Under the pieces are notes generated by a model. The model saw only the letters and a list, made by a program, of their open reading frames with translations. It was not told the DNA's origin and did not search any database. Of a DNA stretch of 64,000 nucleotides, positions 38,468-48,068 are shown piece after piece (the first letter of the stretch is position 1; every line of letters begins with the position of its first letter). The DNA is taken from assembly GCA_964291405.2 (NCBI GenBank), contig OZ219926.1:3200001-3264000 (forward strand). Direction: 5' to 3'. The position numbers and the translations under genes are program-made. The stretch comes from Thermodesulfobacteriota bacterium (GTDB taxonomy: Bacteria; Desulfobacterota; Binatia; Bin18).

Positions 38468-39094
38468 CTACAAATTCTTGACCGCCTCTTCGATCATATC
38501 ATCCAACTCCGCGGCCTTTCTTTTTTCCATCTCTGTCCGTTGGGCCAGGATGACGCCCCACGAGTCGCCTTCGTAGCTGTGGAATTTCTCCGCATTCCAC
38601 AGCTCGGCCCGTTTGAACGACTTGGGGCAGTGGAAGTAGCATTCCTCGACTGAGACTTCGATGGCAAGCTGGGCCGGGCGGCCCCGAGCACTGAGTTTTT
38701 CCAGGAGCTGAGGCTCATCGGCAATGCGGGCGCGGCCGTTGACGCGCATGGTCCATTCCTCACCCGGAATGAGAAAGAGCAGGCCAACGTGTGGGTTCTC
38801 CAGAATGTTATTGATGCTCTGGAACATTTTGTTGCCGGCCCGGTCTGGGAGGTAGAGGGTGTGTTTATCTGCGATTTTGATAAAGCCCGGCGGATCGCCC
38901 TTGGGTGAGGCGTCGCACCGCCCCTGGGCGTCTGCCGTTGAGACGATCACAAACGGACACTGCTCAAGAAACCGTGCGGCGGCTTCGTCGATATAGGGCA
39001 GTTTATGCTTGACGGCGAGTTGATCTGGATCGCCAAATCGCTCGGCTAACTCATGCGTATTCTGCGGGACACTCTGGGCCGTTGCTGTGCTCAT
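38468..39094 (-). CDS. PPOX-class FMN-binding protein (MSMEG_1061-like)
   Basis: CDASPKGDPPGF, PDRAGN, NPHVGLLFLIPG, YFHCPK. Confidence 0.88.
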   Translation of the reverse strand: MSTATAQSVPQNTHELAERFGDPDQLAVKHKLPYIDEAAARFLEQCPFVIVSTADAQGRCDASPKGDPPGFIKIADKHTLYLPDRAGNKMFQSINNILENPHVGLLFLIPGEEWTMRVNGRARIADEPQLLEKLSARGRPAQLAIEVSVEECYFHCPKSFKRAELWNAEKFHSYEGDSWGVILAQRTEMEKRKAAELDDMIEEAVKNL

Positions 39095-39229
39095 AGTCCT
39101 CTCCTTTTGTGTCAGCCAACTCCTGCGTACGATAGGGCAATTTGCAAGCAGATGCAAAGGATTGTACAAAGGCGGCGCGTACGGGGAAAGAAGCCGGGAG
39201 AGAGACGCGAAAGGGGGCCAGGATTAAGC

Positions 39230-40333
39230 ATGATGAGCCAGGAACAGTACCAGAAGTCTATTCGGCCGCTGGAAGAAAAAATCCTGCTCTTTTTGCGAAC
39301 GTTTGATGACGTTCAGGAGAATATGCACTTCGGCAAGATCCCGGAGGCGCAGGGACGAGTGAGAGACACTCTTGGTGATTTTTTTGAAACCGCACTCTCC
39401 AGTGTTACCAGCCTCGAACCGTCCGAAGAACTCGCCGAGTTTCATGCAGCCTTCTGTGCCGCGCTGACTCATCTTAACAATTGCAGCACAACTTTTCTTG
39501 GCGGAGCGCCGGGGCCAAATTTTGGCGGCGCGTTTGTCAACAGTCGCTTCTCGCTGTGTCGAGGACTGGATCTCTTATATAACCACCGCGCTCATCTCTC
39601 GACGCTCTACCAGTACTGGCTGTTGCCGGAGGCCGAGTCCCAGCGCGACGCCTTGGAGACGCGGGCTGACGGTGTGGCGGTGCCGGTCGGCATGATCCAT
39701 CAGCCGCAGACCGAGGAACATGCCGAATACTCGCTATACGTCCCGGAATACTACAGCCCCGACAAAGCCTGGCCCCTCATCGTTTGTCTTCACGGTGGAT
39801 ATGGCCGGGGTGATGATTACATCTGGACGTGGCTTCGTGCCGCCAAGAGCAAAGGTTATCTGCTGCTGTCGCCAAAATCCTTAGGGCCGACGTGGTCCGT
39901 CCTGCAACCGCCGGTTGACAGCCGGTCCATCCGGGCCATGTTTGACACGGTGTGTGAGACTTACCAGGTTGATCGTTCGCGGGTGTATCTGTCCGGTCTC
40001 TCTGACGGTGGGACCTATACCTATCTGCTGGGGCTGGATCAGGCCGAACTCTTTACCGGGATAGCGCCCATTGCGGGCGAACTGAGCCCCGCCACGGATG
40101 GCATGCTGCGACAGAAGCGAGGCATCAACGTGCCGATTCATGTGATTCACGGTGTGCATGACTTCATCTTTCCGGTTGAAGCCATTCGCTCATCGAATGA
40201 ACTGCTCGAACACATCGGCTACAAGGTGAAGTACACCGAGCTGCCCGACTGGAGCCATGCTTTGACCTACACCATCAATGAGACCCTGGTGCTGCCGTGG
40301 TTTGAAGGTTTGGAACCAAAAGAACAAAGCTAA
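39230..40333 (+). CDS. Phospholipase/carboxylesterase-like alpha/beta hydrolase with N-terminal helical extension
   Basis: YSLYVPEYY, LHGGYG, GLSDG nucleophile, HGVHD, WSH. Confidence 0.8.
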   Translation: MMSQEQYQKSIRPLEEKILLFLRTFDDVQENMHFGKIPEAQGRVRDTLGDFFETALSSVTSLEPSEELAEFHAAFCAALTHLNNCSTTFLGGAPGPNFGGAFVNSRFSLCRGLDLLYNHRAHLSTLYQYWLLPEAESQRDALETRADGVAVPVGMIHQPQTEEHAEYSLYVPEYYSPDKAWPLIVCLHGGYGRGDDYIWTWLRAAKSKGYLLLSPKSLGPTWSVLQPPVDSRSIRAMFDTVCETYQVDRSRVYLSGLSDGGTYTYLLGLDQAELFTGIAPIAGELSPATDGMLRQKRGINVPIHVIHGVHDFIFPVEAIRSSNELLEHIGYKVKYTELPDWSHALTYTINETLVLPWFEGLEPKEQS

Positions 40334-40346
40334 AAGGGAGGAGACA

Positions 40347-40832
40347 ATGTCTCAGGATATCGAAGCCCGTTTGCAGGCACTGGAAGCAAAGATTCAGGAT
40401 TTGAGTGACCGTGAAGCCGTCCGCTCGCTACGGTTTCGTTACCACGAGTGCATCAACGAGGGGGAACTGGAAGCTATCCCCGACCTGTTCACTGAGGATG
40501 CTATCCTCGATTTTGACTATCTGGGCAAAGCCACCGGCCGGGCCGAGTTGACAAAGTTTTTTCAAGGAGTCGAAAATCTGTTGTCTTTTGTCAAACAGTT
40601 TATGCATAACCACGCGGTTGAGGTGCAGGGGGATACGGGCAAGGGCTATGCCTACCTCGAAGCAAAGACCATCTCAAAAGGGGAGGCGTATTTCGTGGCC
40701 GCTCGCTATGACGACGAGTATGTCAGGCAGAATGGCGAGTGGAAGTTTAAGAAGATGTCGCTCACCCCGTATTTTACCGTGCCTTTCAAAGAGGGCTGGG
40801 CGCAAGAGAATCGGCTCAAGATGGGGAGATAG
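40347..40832 (+). CDS. SnoaL_4/NTF2-like protein
   Basis: DREAVRSLRFRY, LFTEDA, RYDDEYVRQNGEWKF. Confidence 0.85.
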   Translation: MSQDIEARLQALEAKIQDLSDREAVRSLRFRYHECINEGELEAIPDLFTEDAILDFDYLGKATGRAELTKFFQGVENLLSFVKQFMHNHAVEVQGDTGKGYAYLEAKTISKGEAYFVAARYDDEYVRQNGEWKFKKMSLTPYFTVPFKEGWAQENRLKMGR

Positions 40833-40876
40833 CAATCCCGACGTATAACGAAAACAACATCCCTCAGGAGGTAACC

Positions 40877-41764
40877 ATGGCCTACCAACAACTCAGTCTG
40901 GACCAGGTGGAAACGGCGGCGACTGGATTCAAAGGTCCGGAGGGCGTTGTCGTTGATCGTGAAGGGAACGTCTATGGCGGGGGAACAGACGGTGTGATCC
41001 GCAAGCTGGCGCCGGATGGAACCGTCACGGAATGCGCGCGCACGGGCGGCCGACCAGCGGGGATGGCCCTCGACCAACAGGGGAACCTCTTTGTGTGTGA
41101 CCCTGGCAAGGCCGCGGTGCTCAAAGTGACGCCGGACGGCCAGGTCAGTCTGTTTGCCGATCAGGTCGGCGATATCAAACTCACCCTCCCGAATTTCCCG
41201 GTTTTTGACGCCGAGGGAAACCTGTATGTGTCCAACTCGACCGATCTGACATTTGGCAACTTTGATAAGCTGATGGAAGAACTGCGTAATCCATCACCGA
41301 AGGGAGCGCTCGTCCGCTTGCGACCGGATGGCCGTGGGGAAGTCGTGACGACCGGTATCTACTTCGCGAATGGGACGGCGATCGATCCCCAAGAACAGGC
41401 CGTATACGTGCTGCAATCAAGTCAGAATAACTGCATTCGGATTGCGATGCATAAGGACGGGACCCATGGCAGCCCCGAAGCGTTTGGTGAAGACTTAGGG
41501 GCGCTGCCCGATGGCATGGCCTTTGATGCCGAAGAGTATCTCATTATTACCTTACCCATGGTGAACCGCTTGGTGGTGCTCGATCCGAATGGTCAGCTAT
41601 CCGTGCTTCTTGACGATCCGGACGGGACAAAAACTCAGGGGCCGACCAACTGCGCCTTTGGTGGGTCGAATTTTGACGATCTGTATATCGCCCATCTTGA
41701 AGCCGACCACGTTGCGAAAGTCCACCTCGGGAGAAAAGGGCATCCGTTGTACGACCGACGCTAA
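40877..41764 (+). CDS. SMP-30/gluconolactonase family protein
   Basis: GPEGVVVD, LPNFPVFD, FANGTAID, PDGMAFD, PTNCAFGG. Confidence 0.9.
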   Translation: MAYQQLSLDQVETAATGFKGPEGVVVDREGNVYGGGTDGVIRKLAPDGTVTECARTGGRPAGMALDQQGNLFVCDPGKAAVLKVTPDGQVSLFADQVGDIKLTLPNFPVFDAEGNLYVSNSTDLTFGNFDKLMEELRNPSPKGALVRLRPDGRGEVVTTGIYFANGTAIDPQEQAVYVLQSSQNNCIRIAMHKDGTHGSPEAFGEDLGALPDGMAFDAEEYLIITLPMVNRLVVLDPNGQLSVLLDDPDGTKTQGPTNCAFGGSNFDDLYIAHLEADHVAKVHLGRKGHPLYDRR

Positions 41765-41803
41765 AGAGACGTTCCCGATCTCCGGCCAGATTAAGCTTTG
41801 TTG

Positions 41804-42132
41804 GGTAGTGTCTCCGTTTGCAATTTGTTCTTCTCCGCGTTCGGTCCGCCCCTCCCTCCCGTCTCAGGGCCTTCGGTGACCGGGCAGTCCTGCTCCCGCC
41901 GGGCGCCCCTCGGCCTGGAGCCAAGCCGGAGCAGGACCCCCCCCTCATAATTTCCTCAGAAATTACTAGGGACAACCGGTTGGTAGCCGTGTTAGGAAGC
42001 GAACGGCCTACCGAATACGCGTCAGCGCGGTGTCCGGGAGCCGAGAGGAGAACACGATGCCTGAGAGGGAGCTGGGGAGAGGGCGGACTGCCCCGTTTTT
42101 CCTGGTCAGAAGTTGCAAAGTGAGACACTACC
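41804..42132. mobile_element. Non-autonomous MITE (329 bp) with 23-bp TIRs and 8-bp target-site duplication
   Basis: Left end GGTAGTGTCTCCGTTTGCAATTT (41804-41826); right end reverse complement GGTAGTGTCTCACTTTGCAACTT (42110-42132), 20/23 match. CTTTGTTG flanks both sides (41796-41803 and 42133-42140). No transposase inside. Confidence 0.9.
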
Positions 42133-42259
42133 CTTTGTTGGACTGTGTAGGGGGCAACTTGCTATGCCTTTATTCTCCGACCCCTCCGTATAAAGCGTAA
42201 AATATGGTCCGGATTGCTACTATTATACCCTCGATAATATAGCGGGTATCAGCAGACAT

Positions 42260-43339
42260 ATGAGTGAAATATATCTTAGAAGCATCGACCGTAGATGGAA
42301 GAAAGAACTAGAGAAAATTAGTGGAAAGGTGACTATCCTTTCTCCTTATCTCACCTCAAGTACTGCCGAAGCGATCATTACCAAAGTGCCTTCAGCCAAT
42401 TGTGAAGTGTACACACTTTTCTCAGTTGAAAACTTTGCTAGTGGTGCATCTTCGATCAAAACCCTCCGTAACTTGTTTGATGCCGGATACGCTCTCTTTC
42501 ATCTCCCTAGGCTTCACGCCAAAGTTGTCCTTGTATCCGATAGGCTAGCCACAATTGGAAGCCAGAATCTCACAGCTAATGGAATTAGAAACCGTGAGGC
42601 AAGCCTCCTGATTAACTCTCAGGACGAAGTGAGGAAAATAGAAGAGGATCTCGAACCTTGGCTTGTCGAAAGACAAACAATTTCAGCGGAGATGGTTTCA
42701 GATGTCGAACGATTGTTGCCGCAGGTTCGTCGGATGTTTCTTTCCTCGCGGAGGGCTGCTAACGATCTCGAAAAGAAAATATGGTCGTTTGAGTTGACTC
42801 GTGAACGGCAGAAAGAGGAGGAACGGAAAAGATTAAACCGTAGAATTCTGATAAGAAACAGAAGAATTGCCAAGTCGCATACTACTGTGACTCCCCTTAT
42901 TAAAATAACAAATGTTCCCCGAGAGCTAGCTATCCGTTTCATAGAGGAATCTGCGTGGTGGCATCATCCATATGGTCTCAGGCGTGCACCGGGTCATTCT
43001 GACAGAATGGATGGCATTCACGGGGATTGGAAGGTCAAATTTGGAGCTAACACTTTCCTCGTAGGTCGGGCTATTAGTCGTTGTGCCTCTACCATTGACC
43101 GGTATCTGGCTGCCATTAAACAAGGGCATGATCAGAATCGAGACGAGTTAGTAGAGAAACTGAAGTTCAATGTCCGTGGAGCCGTCGCCAACTGGAACGG
43201 ATACGAATACCGATACTATGATGTTCAGGGAAATGACATGATGTTCGGAACCCAATCGATTGACGTTAACGATTTCGTCAATCTTGCACTCCGTATCTGG
43301 AATATCGACGAGCTTATCACAGAACTAGATGGGGAGTGA
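42260..43339 (+). CDS. PLD-superfamily (single HKD, nuclease-type) domain protein with unknown C-terminal domain
   Basis: ILSPYL, LHAKVVLVSD, GSQNLT..G.RNREA; AT-richer codon usage than the flanks. Confidence 0.8.
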   Translation: MSEIYLRSIDRRWKKELEKISGKVTILSPYLTSSTAEAIITKVPSANCEVYTLFSVENFASGASSIKTLRNLFDAGYALFHLPRLHAKVVLVSDRLATIGSQNLTANGIRNREASLLINSQDEVRKIEEDLEPWLVERQTISAEMVSDVERLLPQVRRMFLSSRRAANDLEKKIWSFELTRERQKEEERKRLNRRILIRNRRIAKSHTTVTPLIKITNVPRELAIRFIEESAWWHHPYGLRRAPGHSDRMDGIHGDWKVKFGANTFLVGRAISRCASTIDRYLAAIKQGHDQNRDELVEKLKFNVRGAVANWNGYEYRYYDVQGNDMMFGTQSIDVNDFVNLALRIWNIDELITELDGE

Positions 43340-43444
43340 GGGGAAGCGTTGGCTACTCCCGACCGTATTCCTATACATCCACATAGTAGTCTGGTCACCC
43401 AACGGTCCCTCTACTCGAAGATTGATATAGATAGAGAACATCCC

Positions 43445-44701
43445 TCAAGTCAGCCTTCCTCGTTTGAAGTCTGTCACGATCTGATTGTATCTTTCTTGCC
43501 CAGGCTGGAAGAAATCAAAGAGCATGAAAACAGGGTCAAGAAGATTTTGCACGTGTTGAGAGAGCGACCCATCGAGAGCTGAGAGATCAGTAGTGATTGT
43601 TGATTCGATTTCTTTTTCACTTGTCGGGCTGGAAGGACGGAACGTCGGACGGTTACTTGTGGCAGATATATATCTACCAGCGAGCCCCACATGGCGAAGA
43701 ATAAAGGTTGCAGTCGTATTATTGGGGACGTTAAGCCCTTCGTAGAGTCTGGAGAGATACATAAGCATTTCTGCGGTTCTCACGATCCTCGTGTTGAAGA
43801 ACAATTGATCGGTTGCTCCTCGGGAATCCTCAAAGAGGGTTTGCAGCAAATAGAATGATCCGTCTCGACGGAGTGCCCAGAAGTCATAGGATTCCTCCTC
43901 CCGGATCACCGTATTAACAATGCCGCTACTCGTTGGTCGGGGCTTCAGCGATTCCGTATTCAAATCCATAATACCGATTGGCCACCCAAACGTATCGATC
44001 ATGGAGGAACGCGCTACTTGTAGTAATTCAGCCGGGGAGTAATTGATTCGCGGTTGGGATAGGGTAGCAAATGCTTCTACATAGGTAGAGAATCCTGACT
44101 GGGCGAATCCTTCTAGCGCTTCTACGCGCATCTGGTCACGCCAGGAGAAGTCTTCTTCTGTTGGCTGCCCGTTGTATTCAAGAGACGTGTCGCTGGAAAC
44201 AGAGCGGTCTCGATACTGAAGTATCTGTTGGAGAGCGGCTACTAGCTGAGACTCTAGCTGGCGTCGCTTGCCCGCTTTGTCTGGATCATCTTCCTGCACT
44301 GAGTATACGGTCACCCGTTTCGTGCGTAGGTCAAAAGGGAGGTGTTCTACAGGTGAGCGGGCAGAATTGAAAATCATTATTATATACGGCCATCCTAGCC
44401 GTTTCAGAGCGAAGCCCAACTCAAGTAAGACGTTGGGATTTGGCGTAGGCCGCTGACCATTATCGGGATTAATGATGGAGACATCACAAACAAAGACCTG
44501 ACAACTATCAATCTTTTCAAGTATCGTATCCGCAATATCGGGAGAACCAGGAACCCCTGTCGTATCCCGGTCAACGACGGGCTCCACTGCTATAGCTGGA
44601 TCATTACGAATCGATTGAGCAGCTCTTTCAAGGGCCGTTTGAATAAAGCTTCGATTAGTAGAATTGGGCAGATCAGATTGCCAAGAGTAAAAGATTTTCA
44701 C
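43445..44701 (-). CDS. TIR-like/nucleoside-deoxyribosyltransferase-like domain fused to unknown C-terminal domain
   Basis: KIFYSWQSD, GSPDIADTILEKID, NPNVLLELGFA, LPFDL; GTG 44701 preceded by GGAG (ATG 44743 is the alternative); lower GC. Confidence 0.75.
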   Translation of the reverse strand: MKIFYSWQSDLPNSTNRSFIQTALERAAQSIRNDPAIAVEPVVDRDTTGVPGSPDIADTILEKIDSCQVFVCDVSIINPDNGQRPTPNPNVLLELGFALKRLGWPYIIMIFNSARSPVEHLPFDLRTKRVTVYSVQEDDPDKAGKRRQLESQLVAALQQILQYRDRSVSSDTSLEYNGQPTEEDFSWRDQMRVEALEGFAQSGFSTYVEAFATLSQPRINYSPAELLQVARSSMIDTFGWPIGIMDLNTESLKPRPTSSGIVNTVIREEESYDFWALRRDGSFYLLQTLFEDSRGATDQLFFNTRIVRTAEMLMYLSRLYEGLNVPNNTTATFILRHVGLAGRYISATSNRPTFRPSSPTSEKEIESTITTDLSALDGSLSQHVQNLLDPVFMLFDFFQPGQERYNQIVTDFKRGRLT

Positions 44702-45005
44702 TGCTGTCTCCGTATGGCATCCTAGTTTATCGGTGCCACCCATAGGTTTTCTTCAGTCGAGTATTGTACTCGTCCATCCATACTCTACGTCTTCACTATA
44801 GAGGGCCAGTAATTGGTCGCAAACCCACTCTCAAGATAACAGTTGAGAGGAGCATTGCACGAGCAGTGGAAAACAGACCTATGAGACAATAGGACTGAAC
44901 GAACCTTCATTCGCCAATAGATGGTAACAGGCTGAAGAAAAAAGGGAAATTGGCTTTGAATAATTCCTCCACTTCTGCTAGGCCGTCTGTATTAGGAGGG
45001 GTAAC

Positions 45006-46034
45006 GTGAAATTCGGTCTACTCATGCCGTTCTGGAATCCGGCTCGCTGGGAGCGGTCTTTTCCTGAACTGTATCAGAACCTGCTGGACCAAATCGTCAA
45101 AGTCGAGGAACTCGGTTACGATCATATCTGGCTGACCGAGCACCACTTCGACACGGATGGCTGGTCGCCTGCGCTGTTGCCCCTCGCTGCCGGTATTGCC
45201 ACCCGCACGACACGTATCCGGATCGGCACGTTTATTTTAATCCTACCCTTTCAACACGCCTTGCGCGTGGCCGAGGATTCCATCACCGTGGATATTCTGT
45301 CCAATGGCCGATTCGATCTTGGGGTGGGCAAAGGCTATCGCAATAAAGAATTTCATGCCTTCGGCTTTCCCCGTGAGCAGCGCGACGCGCGCTTGGAAGA
45401 AGACCTCTCTGTTATTCAGGGACTCTGGACAAACGAGTCCTTCTCTTTTGACGGAGACTATTATCATCTCACCGATGTCCGTCTCACGCCCCGTCCCGTC
45501 CAACAACCGCATCCGCCGATCTGGATCGGCGCCCGTGGCAAGAAGGCTGTGCAGCGAGCGGCACGGATGGGGTTTCACCTGATGGGCACGGGAGAGGTTG
45601 CCCAGCAGCGGGCCTACGATGATGAGTTGGAACGCTGTGGCCGGAATCCGAAAGATTACTACTTAGCCCAACTGCGCTGGGTCTATGTAGCAGAGAGTCG
45701 GGACAAAGCCTGGGACCTCGTTGGTGAGCATATGCATTATCTCTTTTCCTCTGCTTTTCCGTTGCTCAAAGAAGCCGGTGACTTGCGAGCCGACCGAGCT
45801 ATGGGGCGGGTGCCCAGCATCGAGGAGCTGCGTCACATCGATCCCACCATTCCGGGCGGGGCGCCCATTGTGGGAACCCCGGACGATTGCATTCATGCCT
45901 TGCAACGCTACCAAGATGAAACGCGGGTGACCCATTTGGCAATGGGCATGCATCTGCCAGGACTCGCACTCGATAAGGTGACCGAGTGCCTTGAATTGTT
46001 TGCTCAGGAGGTCATGCCGCATTTTCGCTCATGA
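45006..46034 (+). CDS. Luciferase-like (LLM) flavin-dependent oxidoreductase
   Basis: WLTEHHF, SNGRFDLGVGKGY, PRPVQQPHPPIWIG. Confidence 0.9.
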   Translation: MKFGLLMPFWNPARWERSFPELYQNLLDQIVKVEELGYDHIWLTEHHFDTDGWSPALLPLAAGIATRTTRIRIGTFILILPFQHALRVAEDSITVDILSNGRFDLGVGKGYRNKEFHAFGFPREQRDARLEEDLSVIQGLWTNESFSFDGDYYHLTDVRLTPRPVQQPHPPIWIGARGKKAVQRAARMGFHLMGTGEVAQQRAYDDELERCGRNPKDYYLAQLRWVYVAESRDKAWDLVGEHMHYLFSSAFPLLKEAGDLRADRAMGRVPSIEELRHIDPTIPGGAPIVGTPDDCIHALQRYQDETRVTHLAMGMHLPGLALDKVTECLELFAQEVMPHFRS

Positions 46035-46208
46035 GGAGACCAGTCAGTACGCGAAACCTACTGAGAAGGTGAATAGAGATGGCAATCGACCGTCACGGCA
46101 GAGCCCCTCCAGGCAAGAGAATTATTTTTTCTACCCGAAGGTTGACAGCAGATTTCTCTGAGAGTATGGCGATGATAGAGTATTCGTAAAACCACAAAGG
46201 AGGGTAGC

Positions 46209-47951
46209 ATGCCACAGTTTGATACAGTGATTAAAAACGGTACGATCGTCGACGGAACGAAGGTGCCGCGCTATCAGGCCGACCTTGGTATCAAGGACGG
46301 GAAGGTTGCCGAGATTGGAAAAATCAGCAGCAGCGACGCTAAAAAAGAGATTGATGCCAGCGGGCAGATCGTTGCTCCGGGATTCATCGATCTGCACACC
46401 CACTATGATGCCCAGTTACACTGGGACCCGTACTGCACGATCGGCAGTTGGCACGGTGTGACCACCGTTACTATTGGGAATTGTGGATTTGGTTTTGCTC
46501 CGCTGCGGCCGCAAGACGCCGACCGGGCCATGTTGGCTTTGTCCCGTACCGAAGCGATTCCACTGGAGCCCATGCGGGTGTCGATGAAGGTTGACTGGGA
46601 AACCTTCCCGCAATACATGGACCGTCTGTCCCGCATGCCCTTGGGCGTTAATGTCTCCCATCTCTTCCCGCTCGCCCCGGCCGTGGCGTATGTGATGGGT
46701 GGTTTTGATGACGCCAAGAAGCGCTTCCCCAATAAAGAAGAGATGGACATCATTACCGGCCTGTACAAGGAAGCCGTGAAGGCTGGTGCCGCGGGTTGGT
46801 CCGCCCAGCGTCTGGTGCCTGAGAGCCGAGTGTCCGTGCAGCGCGACTATGACGGCACGCCGATGATCACCGACATCCTGCCGGATGAGTTCTATATGGA
46901 TATGGCCAAAGCCATGAGCGAAGTGGGCGAGGGCTGCATTCAGTTTACCCAGTCCGGTGCAAGCGAAGGTACGTTTGGTGTTGAGGATGATTTCAGATTC
47001 CTGGAAAAAATGACCAAGACAGCCGGTCAGCCGCTGCTGTACAATGCCATGTTAATCAGTGACAAGCATCCTGAGTCCCACCAGGCCCAGCTGAATTGGG
47101 TCAATGCGGCCAACGAACGCGGCGCTCGCGTGTTTGGACAGGGCGTCACGGCTCGGGCTCCAGTGCGGATGACCCTGGAAGACTGGAACCTGTTTGATGG
47201 CATTCCGGCCTGGAAGGAAGCTACGCTCGGAACGGTCGAAGAGCGTAAAGCCAAACTGTCGAAACCTGAACTGCGCAAGGAAATGCGTGAGGACTACGAT
47301 CAGGGCGGCATGGAAACGATGAATGTCGTCTTTGGTGATTTTCACGAGTTTATTGCGCGCAAGGTTCGCAATACCGAACTCAAACTCCAGTACGAGGGCA
47401 TGTCCGTGCAGCAGATTGCCGAGAAGGAAGGCAAGCACGTCATCGATGCCATGCTCGACCTGTCTGTGGCCGACGACCTGCGCACCGAGTGGGCTGGCCC
47501 GGTGGGCAACGCCAACATCGAGGGCTACAAAGAGCTGATGGGCTCGCCCTACACGCTGCCGGGTGTGTCGGATGGTGGGGCGCACGTGAAGTTCATTACG
47601 CCGGCCATCTATCCGACCGAGGTGCTGTCCTGGCTGGTACGCGAGCAGGGCGTCATGAGTCTGGAAGAGGCGCACTTCCGCCTGAGCGGGATCATGGCCT
47701 GGGCCGCGGGTATCACGGACCGTGGGACGCTACGTCAAGGCCAAGCGGCCGACGTCGTGGTCTACGATGCCGATACCGTTAAGGCTCTGCCGGGCGAGAT
47801 TGCTCACGATCTGCCGGCGAACGAGTGGCGACGGGTCCAAAAAGCCGAGGGCTATAAGCATATTCTGGTCAACGGTGAAGAGACCTTCCAGAATGGTGAA
47901 TGCACCGGGAATACCTCGGGCGCACTCCTGCGTAACGGCGCGGCCCGCTAG
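46209..47951 (+). CDS. N-acyl-D-amino-acid deacylase-like amidohydrolase (paralog of 28676..30400)
   Basis: APGFIDLHTHYD, GNCGFGFAP, SDGGAH. Confidence 0.9.
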   Translation: MPQFDTVIKNGTIVDGTKVPRYQADLGIKDGKVAEIGKISSSDAKKEIDASGQIVAPGFIDLHTHYDAQLHWDPYCTIGSWHGVTTVTIGNCGFGFAPLRPQDADRAMLALSRTEAIPLEPMRVSMKVDWETFPQYMDRLSRMPLGVNVSHLFPLAPAVAYVMGGFDDAKKRFPNKEEMDIITGLYKEAVKAGAAGWSAQRLVPESRVSVQRDYDGTPMITDILPDEFYMDMAKAMSEVGEGCIQFTQSGASEGTFGVEDDFRFLEKMTKTAGQPLLYNAMLISDKHPESHQAQLNWVNAANERGARVFGQGVTARAPVRMTLEDWNLFDGIPAWKEATLGTVEERKAKLSKPELRKEMREDYDQGGMETMNVVFGDFHEFIARKVRNTELKLQYEGMSVQQIAEKEGKHVIDAMLDLSVADDLRTEWAGPVGNANIEGYKELMGSPYTLPGVSDGGAHVKFITPAIYPTEVLSWLVREQGVMSLEEAHFRLSGIMAWAAGITDRGTLRQGQAADVVVYDADTVKALPGEIAHDLPANEWRRVQKAEGYKHILVNGEETFQNGECTGNTSGALLRNGAAR

Positions 47952-47993
47952 GCAAGCCGCTGGGCTTGTTCGCCCGCCTATTGGAACCAACTG

Positions 47994-48034
47994 ACGGGGA
48001 ACCGGAGAACTGCTCTCCGGTTCCCCGTTTTTTT
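47994..48034 (+). terminator. Intrinsic terminator
   Basis: ACGGGGAACCGGAGA-ACTGC-TCTCCGGTTCCCCGT followed by a T tract. Confidence 0.9.
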
Positions 48035-48068
48035 CGCGTGCTCTGTATCCATAAAGGAGGGATTCGAG

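Noticed and set aside
41547-42128. ORFs across the MITE as a possible transposase
   Set aside because: Low-complexity Pro/Arg/Gly sequence with no DDE or HUH motif; the element is too short.
44744-45005. Small hairpins (CGAGTA/TACTCG, CTCTCAA/TTGAGAG) as a retron ncRNA or attC site
   Set aside because: Short stems only; no reverse transcriptase, integrase or attC core boxes seen.
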